From an uncultured Alphaproteobacteria bacterium (lineage in GTDB: Bacteria > Pseudomonadota > Alphaproteobacteria > CAAHEQ01 > UBA3637), in NCBI GenBank assembly GCA_949286245.1, contig CASECF010000015.1, positions 2,804 to 66,803 on the forward strand: 64,000 bases of DNA, given 5' to 3'. Below the pieces are notes generated by a model that was not told where the DNA came from, searched no databases, and saw nothing but the letters and a program-made list of their open reading frames with translations. Numbering within the stretch: position 1 is the first letter of the stretch; each line of letters begins with the position of its first letter. Below are positions 58,825-64,000 of the stretch, piece after piece. Made by a program: the position numbers and the translations under genes.

Positions 58825-59092
58825 TTCTATCTCCTTATTTTTTTTATATAAAACTTATTAAACTTTTCACAGTATATCACATCTTAATATTTTGTCAACT
58901 GTTTTTTGTTTTCCTGATAAACTCAAATAAAGATCCTATTCCCATCAAATAAGTTTCAAAAAAATTCATTACTCTTTTTTGATACCAACAATCCATTTTA
59001 AATATTTTGAATCCTCTACCTTTTACTTCAAAACCGATCGTATTAACACACTCAAATTTATCTATTCACATCAACCATCCTCCCCTTTAATC

Positions 59093-59128
59093 ATAAAAAA
59101 GAGGTAGCCGTTCTTTATCGGCTACCTC
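59093..59128 (-). terminator. Rho-independent terminator downstream of ankyrin gene 2. Perfect 10-bp stem GAGGTAGCCG / CGGCTACCTC, loop TTCTTTAT.
   Basis: Read directly. On the minus strand the hairpin is followed by a T6 run. Confidence 0.7.
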
Positions 59129-59175
59129 TTGAAATAGACACTAAAAAGTCACTCTAAAAAATGTCTCTACTTCCC

Positions 59176-60630
59176 TTATTGTTTGGTATTCTGTTTTGTT
59201 TCAACAATTTTGGCAGGAGACGGTTTTTTGTGCCGTGTCACTTTGACCGGTCCTTTATTCCCTTTTTGAGACTTTTTAGAAACACCCTTTTTAACAGAGG
59301 AAAATTTTTGAGCTTCTTTTAAACTCTCAGATAATCCTTTTTTGACCTGTCTCTTCCCTTTTTTATTGTCTGCTTCTAACAATGTCAACAATATCTGAAC
59401 AAGCTTTCTTTGATCTTCGGGAAGCGAATATAATATTGCGTCGTTCCCCTTATTATCTTTAATCTTTGTACTGGCTCCATACTCAAGCAAGAGTTTTGTG
59501 ATGTCTTCCGAGCCCCGCTCTGCCGCCAACATTAAGGCTGTTTTCCCATTCTTATCTTGAAGATCTACTTTCGCTCCATTCTCCAACACTAATTTGACAA
59601 CTTCCGCTTTTGATTTCTGAACGGCTCTCATTAACGTTGTTTGACCTTCGTTATCTTGAGCATTAACAGGTACATTTGCTTTTAATAACTGCTCAATAAC
59701 CCCACAATTTCCACTCCAAACGGCATATCTTAGGGCATTTCTACCATCTTTATCTTGAGCAGAAACATCTGCTTTAGCAGATACCAAAAGCTTTACAGTA
59801 GCTCTATTCCCATACCAAGCCGCAATCATCAATGCCGTTTTCCCCTTCTTATCCTGAAGATCCACTTTCGCTCCATTCTCCAACAATAATTTGGCAATCT
59901 CTGCTTCCGATCTCTGTTCCAAAGCGAGCATCAATGCCGTTTCTCCCTTCTTATCTTGAAGACCTACTTTCGCACCACGATCCAACAATAACTTGACAAC
60001 ATCTGCTTTCGATTCCCGAACGGCAATCATTAACGCTGTCTGACCCTCATTATCTTGAAGATTAATGTCTGCTTTCGCCTTCAACAAGAGTTCCGTTATC
60101 TCTATCTCTCCCCATTGGGCACTCTCCATCAACGCTGTTCGACCATCTTTATCCTGAACATTAACAGGTACATTTGCTTTTAACAACAAATCAACAACTT
60201 CACAATTTCTACTCCAAACAGCATATCTTAAGGCATTTTTACCATCTTCATCTTGAGCACAAACATCTGCTCCGGCAGAGAGTAAACGCTTCACAGCAGA
60301 TCTCTTCCCATACCAAGCCGCCAGCATTAATGCTGTTTCACCACGTCTATCTTTGATATTAACATCGGCTCTACATTCCAACAGAGCCGGTACTTTTTCT
60401 TCCACATGTATTGATGCAGACATTAAAGGTGTACGTCCATCTTCATTTTGATAGTTAATATTTGCCCCTCGGCCCACTAATTCTCTAATTGTTTGAGAAG
60501 CCTCCTCTTCACTTTTTGGAAAACCATATGACGAATAGTTAGCTAAATCCCTAGAATACTGTTTCACCATCCGCGGATCCGGTGTTGTTTCTGTTTCTTT
60601 TTTACCAAACAAAAATCCAAATAAACCCAT
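59176..60630 (-). CDS. Ankyrin-repeat protein (about 13 ANK repeats) with lysine-rich C-terminal tail. Paralog 2.
   Basis: Same N-terminus (MGLFGFLFGKKE) and C-terminal basic tail as paralog 1, with long stretches of near-identical nucleotide sequence. The start was set at the ATG at 60630. Confidence 0.85.
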   Translation of the reverse strand: MGLFGFLFGKKETETTPDPRMVKQYSRDLANYSSYGFPKSEEEASQTIRELVGRGANINYQNEDGRTPLMSASIHVEEKVPALLECRADVNIKDRRGETALMLAAWYGKRSAVKRLLSAGADVCAQDEDGKNALRYAVWSRNCEVVDLLLKANVPVNVQDKDGRTALMESAQWGEIEITELLLKAKADINLQDNEGQTALMIAVRESKADVVKLLLDRGAKVGLQDKKGETALMLALEQRSEAEIAKLLLENGAKVDLQDKKGKTALMIAAWYGNRATVKLLVSAKADVSAQDKDGRNALRYAVWSGNCGVIEQLLKANVPVNAQDNEGQTTLMRAVQKSKAEVVKLVLENGAKVDLQDKNGKTALMLAAERGSEDITKLLLEYGASTKIKDNKGNDAILYSLPEDQRKLVQILLTLLEADNKKGKRQVKKGLSESLKEAQKFSSVKKGVSKKSQKGNKGPVKVTRHKKPSPAKIVETKQNTKQ

Positions 60631-61039
60631 TTTTATCTCCTTGTTTTTTTTTATATAAATTTTATTAAATATTCCCCGGTATATCACATCTTAATATTTT
60701 GTCAACTGTTTTTATTGTTTTGATAGTCTCAATCCTAAAAACTATTTTCGACAAGCCTGTCTCAAAAAACTCATTCCTATTTTCTGGTATAAACAAGCCA
60801 TTTCTATTTTAAATCCTCTTGTGCTCTGCCCCCAAACGAACCATACAAATACACCACAATTTATCTATTCACACCAAACAACCCGTTAATCACAACTGTT
60901 ATTCAACAAGTACTTCAAAGAATAAAACGCTCTCAAAATCGACTGTCTGTGTGACTGTTTAGCGTTTTGACTGACATCCACTCCAACAAAATTGTCCATC
61001 TGTGAGACAGTCCCTTGCTCGAACCTCGTCTCAATCGGT

Positions 61040-61627
61040 TTAATTCCTCCCCGATCTGACCTGTGCCATCTTTTTTTGTAATGCCGGATTGTTCTTTGTC
61101 TTCCCGAGCAACAAGTTAACAGCTTTAACATCTCCTCGTTCGGAAGCCATCATAAGGGCTGTTTTCCCTTCATTATTTTTAAGAGAGACATCGGCTCCGG
61201 CTTTCAAAAGAACCTCCACAGAATCACTATATCCATTAGATACAGCTTCCATTAAAGGGGTCTCCCCCCACTTATCTTTTCGATTAACATCAGCTCCATG
61301 ATCTATAATCGCCTGCACAACCTCAGCATCATAACAAAGAGCATAATCTAAAGCCGTCTTACCAAAGCAATCTACGGCTTTAACATCAGCTCCTCGTTCC
61401 AATAACGCCGGAACATATTCCTTCACATACTCACCGCGACGTAATACCCACATCAACGGAGTTCTTTTCCCCTTATCCGGATAGTTGATATCCGCACCCT
61501 GTTCAATCAATTCACCAACCTTTTGAGTTGCAACCTCGCTGTTTTCAGGGCATCCACCCAACACAAGTTCAAGCAATTCTTTAGAAAACGGATTTACATT
61601 TGCTTCATTTGAATTCATTTTTACCAC
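61040..61627 (-). CDS. Ankyrin-repeat protein (about 5 ANK repeats). Paralog 3; shorter, with a different C-terminus.
   Basis: ANK consensus repeats ('GKTALDYALCYDAEVVQAIIDHGADVNRKD', 'GETPLMEAVSNGYSDSVEVLLKAGADV'). Upstream promoter/5'UTR block shared with paralogs 1 and 2. Confidence 0.75.
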   Translation of the reverse strand: MVKMNSNEANVNPFSKELLELVLGGCPENSEVATQKVGELIEQGADINYPDKGKRTPLMWVLRRGEYVKEYVPALLERGADVKAVDCFGKTALDYALCYDAEVVQAIIDHGADVNRKDKWGETPLMEAVSNGYSDSVEVLLKAGADVSLKNNEGKTALMMASERGDVKAVNLLLGKTKNNPALQKKMAQVRSGRN

Positions 61628-61659
61628 CTTATTTTTGAATACCTACTTGTTATATCTGT

Positions 61660-61790
61660 AAACTCTTCTTTCAGTGTATCACATCTCAATATTTTGTCAA
61701 CTGTTTTTTTGTTTTCCTGATACACTCAAATAAAGATCCTATTCCCATCAAATAAGTTTCAAAAAAATCCTCCCAAACCTTTTGACCACT
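61660..61790 (-). promoter_or_regulatory. Conserved upstream block (promoter/5'UTR) shared by all three ankyrin genes. Copies at about 58835-58965, about 60650-60760 and 61660-61790.
   Basis: Near-identical strings 'tatatcacatcttaatattttgtcaactgtttt(t)tgttttcctgata(a/c)actcaaataaagatcctattcccatcaaataagtttcaaaaaaa' sit upstream of genes 1 and 3. A shorter version, 'tatatcacatcttaatattttgtcaactgttttt', sits upstream of gene 2. Confidence 0.7.
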
Positions 61791-61911
61791 TCACTCTATT
61801 TCTCAAATCGAATCGATACATTCACACCAGTCGTTCACATAAAAATATTCTGATTTAGTCAGAAAAAAACCTTCCTTGAAACAGGAAGGTTTTTTATGTG
61901 TTTTTTTTACT

Positions 61912-63369
61912 TTATACTGAAATCAACCCATGTGAAAAAGCATAGAGTGCAACAAGAGCTGTCACAATAATAAAGATTGCCAAAGCTTTTTCCGGATCAG
62001 AAAAGATGGGTTCCTTTGGAACATATTCCTTACGAGCCCAAACATAAAACGGAATGCCAATAGCAATAAAAACAACCGCCATTAAAAGATAACTGAGGCC
62101 TGCTGCATAGATTAACCAAACTGCATAAACAGCTCCTAAAACAGCCGTCATCAAAGCACTAAACCGACTAATTCCGATACGGATCGGGAACTCATGATCC
62201 TCACAAATTTTCCAAAGATACAAGCACGACATAAAATACGCCGGCAAAACCATCACACCCGTAATGGACAACATTGTATTCCATGCGTTATTAGCAAAAT
62301 ATACAAAGATCATTGCTATTTGCATTAAAATACTAGTCGTCCAAAGAGAGACATTTGGAGATCCGGCACTATTCTCTCGTGTAAACACTTTTGGAAATGA
62401 TTGATTTTGAGCCATAGCGAAAGGCATTTCCGCAACGATCATTGTCCAAGAAAGCCAACTGGCTAAAATAGCAATAATCACACCGACATTCATCAACCAA
62501 GCTCCCCAAGGTCCGACAATATGTTCTAAAACACCAGCGGTTGACGGATTGGGGATAGCGGCAAGTTCTGCTCTTGTCATATACCCAAACGGCAAAATAG
62601 ACAATAAGACATAAATAGCCAAACATCCTAAAAATCCAATCAATGTGGCTCGTCCGACATCCGACTGGCTTTGAGCTCGTCCGGATAACACAACGGCACC
62701 CTCAATACCAATAAAAGCCCACAATGTCACTAACATTGTGTTTTTCACCTGTGTTTCTAATCCACCCAATTTATGTTCGCTGAGTTTTCCCCAAAAGTCA
62801 AAATTAAACTGATCTGCATTAAAAACAGCGGCAACAATGATGATGAATAAAACCAACGGAACGATTTTTGCGATCGTTACGACTAGGTTAATAAAAGCGG
62901 CTTGCTTGACGCCTCTTAGCACCAAAAAGTTAAAGAACCAGATCAAAAAAGATCCACCGATGATGGAATATAAATTATTTCCACCCGTAAAAACCCCAGG
63001 GAAAAAATAATTAAAAGCATCCATGGTAATAACGGCGTATCCGACATTTCCAAAAATCTGACATAACCAATAACTCCATCCGATATTAAAACCCATATAG
63101 GGACCAAAACCGGAGCGAGCGTACATATAAATTCCCGATGTCAAATCCGGTTTTGCATTCGATAAGATTCGAAACGTGTTTGCAATAAAATACATTCCAA
63201 ATCCTGTCACCAACCAAGCAATAATAACTGCTCCGGCGGCGGCGCTTTGCGACATATTCTGAGGCAGAGAAAAAATTCCGCCTCCGATCATTGAACTGAC
63301 AACAATAGCGGCCAATCCGAATACGCCCAATTTACCGCTCGTTGACATTTGTTTTTTTTGCTCTGCCAT
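61912..63369 (-). CDS. APC-superfamily amino acid permease (ArcD/LysI-type basic amino acid / polyamine antiporter-like)
   Basis: 12 TM helices. N-terminal 'KLGVFGLAAIVVSSMIGGGIFSLPQNM' is characteristic of the ArcD/PotE/CadB branch. RBS GGAGAAAGGA. Confidence 0.75.
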   Translation of the reverse strand: MAEQKKQMSTSGKLGVFGLAAIVVSSMIGGGIFSLPQNMSQSAAAGAVIIAWLVTGFGMYFIANTFRILSNAKPDLTSGIYMYARSGFGPYMGFNIGWSYWLCQIFGNVGYAVITMDAFNYFFPGVFTGGNNLYSIIGGSFLIWFFNFLVLRGVKQAAFINLVVTIAKIVPLVLFIIIVAAVFNADQFNFDFWGKLSEHKLGGLETQVKNTMLVTLWAFIGIEGAVVLSGRAQSQSDVGRATLIGFLGCLAIYVLLSILPFGYMTRAELAAIPNPSTAGVLEHIVGPWGAWLMNVGVIIAILASWLSWTMIVAEMPFAMAQNQSFPKVFTRENSAGSPNVSLWTTSILMQIAMIFVYFANNAWNTMLSITGVMVLPAYFMSCLYLWKICEDHEFPIRIGISRFSALMTAVLGAVYAVWLIYAAGLSYLLMAVVFIAIGIPFYVWARKEYVPKEPIFSDPEKALAIFIIVTALVALYAFSHGLISV

Positions 63370-63434
63370 ATGATATCCTTTCTCCGTAAAAGAAACAAAA
63401 GGGAATCTAGAAGATTCCCCTTTCTTAAGCCTCT

Positions 63435-64000
63435 CTATTTTTTAGGAACAGCCACAGGAGCTGTTTCAAAATTTAGAAATCCAAGGCATGTTAAAGAATA
63501 TCCAAAAGCCTGTGTAATATTCACATAATTGTGATAAAATTGAAAGTCACTATGCTGATTAACGCCACGAATATCCAACTCATGGTTTAATGATTTAGTC
63601 AACCACATTTCTGCATGAGCCTTGGCAATATCATCATCTATAAATGTATCAAAGAACTCTACATATTCAGCAGCCCAACCGCCAATGAATTTACCGGATT
63701 TATCTTTTCCCCAAACAATTCCAACACCGGTTGCAATCGCTTTATGATCTTGTTGACGAGCTCCATGACCCGCCATAATGACTTCTAAAACAGCACCATG
63801 TTTAAATTGATCCTGAACTTGTTCGACCGGAACAATATTTCCAAATAATTCCGGTGGTAAAACAGATGTGTACGGGACAACATTAAAATCTTGAATTTTA
63901 GCTTGCAGTAAAGCCGAATCATAACAGAAAGTTTCAAACGGTTGTGGGGGAATACCATCTTCTGATAAACCGGCTCCGCCCGTGTGAAACGCTAATGTGG
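63435..64000 (-). CDS. 3' part of an unidentified gene that runs off the window end. Same strand as the permease and immediately upstream of it.
   Basis: The open frame continues with no stop from 63776 to the window edge (…[32 protein letters not shown]…). Its C-terminus is '…[11 protein letters not shown]'. The family could not be assigned from motifs. Confidence 0.4.
   Translation of the reverse strand, partial: TLAFHTGGAGLSEDGIPPQPFETFCYDSALLQAKIQDFNVVPYTSVLPPELFGNIVPVEQVQDQFKHGAVLEVIMAGHGARQQDHKAIATGVGIVWGKDKSGKFIGGWAAEYVEFFDTFIDDDIAKAHAEMWLTKSLNHELDIRGVNQHSDFQFYHNYVNITQAFGYSLTCLGFLNFETAPVAVPKK

Noticed and set aside
60886-61131. 81-aa ORF overlapping the 3' end of ankyrin gene 3
   Set aside because: It is out of frame with the ANK gene and shows no motif. 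It is probably spurious, or a relic of a lost paralog tail. Not called.

Overview
This 64-kb window is AT-rich chromosomal DNA, probably from an alphaproteobacterium with a host-associated or intracellular lifestyle (inference). The alphaproteobacterial assignment rests on the gene order rpmH-rnpA-yidD-yidC-engB followed by mnmE-mnmG; the lifestyle guess rests on the abundance of ankyrin-repeat and MORN-repeat proteins. The housekeeping core is rpmH, rnpA, yidD, yidC, engB, mnmE, mnmG, the periplasmic-glucan genes opgG/opgH, an AsmA-family protein, trkH, tatD, tcdA, a UvrD-type helicase, lolCD, dnaE, a 5'-nucleotidase, an MFS transporter, a phosphoethanolamine transferase, an MtaD-like deaminase, a TesA-like SGNH hydrolase, a family-4 uracil-DNA glycosylase, a metallophosphoesterase and an APC permease. 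Several accessory-looking elements interrupt this core:
(a) A roughly 6.4-kb phage-like remnant island sits directly downstream of tRNA-Glu(TTC). Its 5' edge is marked by an 82-bp direct repeat that duplicates the tRNA 3' end and its terminator. It carries a cI-like repressor divergent from a replication module (replisome-organizer-like protein plus DnaC-like helicase loader) and a sigma-region-4-like regulator, but no integrase or structural genes.
(b) At the island's distal edge is a highly structured intergenic element bounded by 15-bp inverted repeats. It contains a 53-codon hydrophobic ORF whose ribosome-binding site is buried in a perfect 15-bp hairpin stem, which resembles a type I toxin.
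(c) Three paralogous secreted MORN_2 (YwqK-like) repeat proteins and a LuxR-type HTH-only regulator flank the opgGH locus.
(d) Two paralogous secreted arylsulfotransferase (ASST)-family proteins.
(e) Three tandem ankyrin-repeat genes, each with a near-identical promoter/5'UTR block; two have a near-identical terminator and lysine-rich C-terminal tails, which makes them candidate secreted effectors.
(f) An orphan type-IV-pilin-like gene, an orphan phage tail-collar-like protein and a KcsA-like K+ channel.
(g) A 123-125-bp tandem repeat array at the window start, upstream of rpmH.
No CRISPR array and no rRNA gene were seen.
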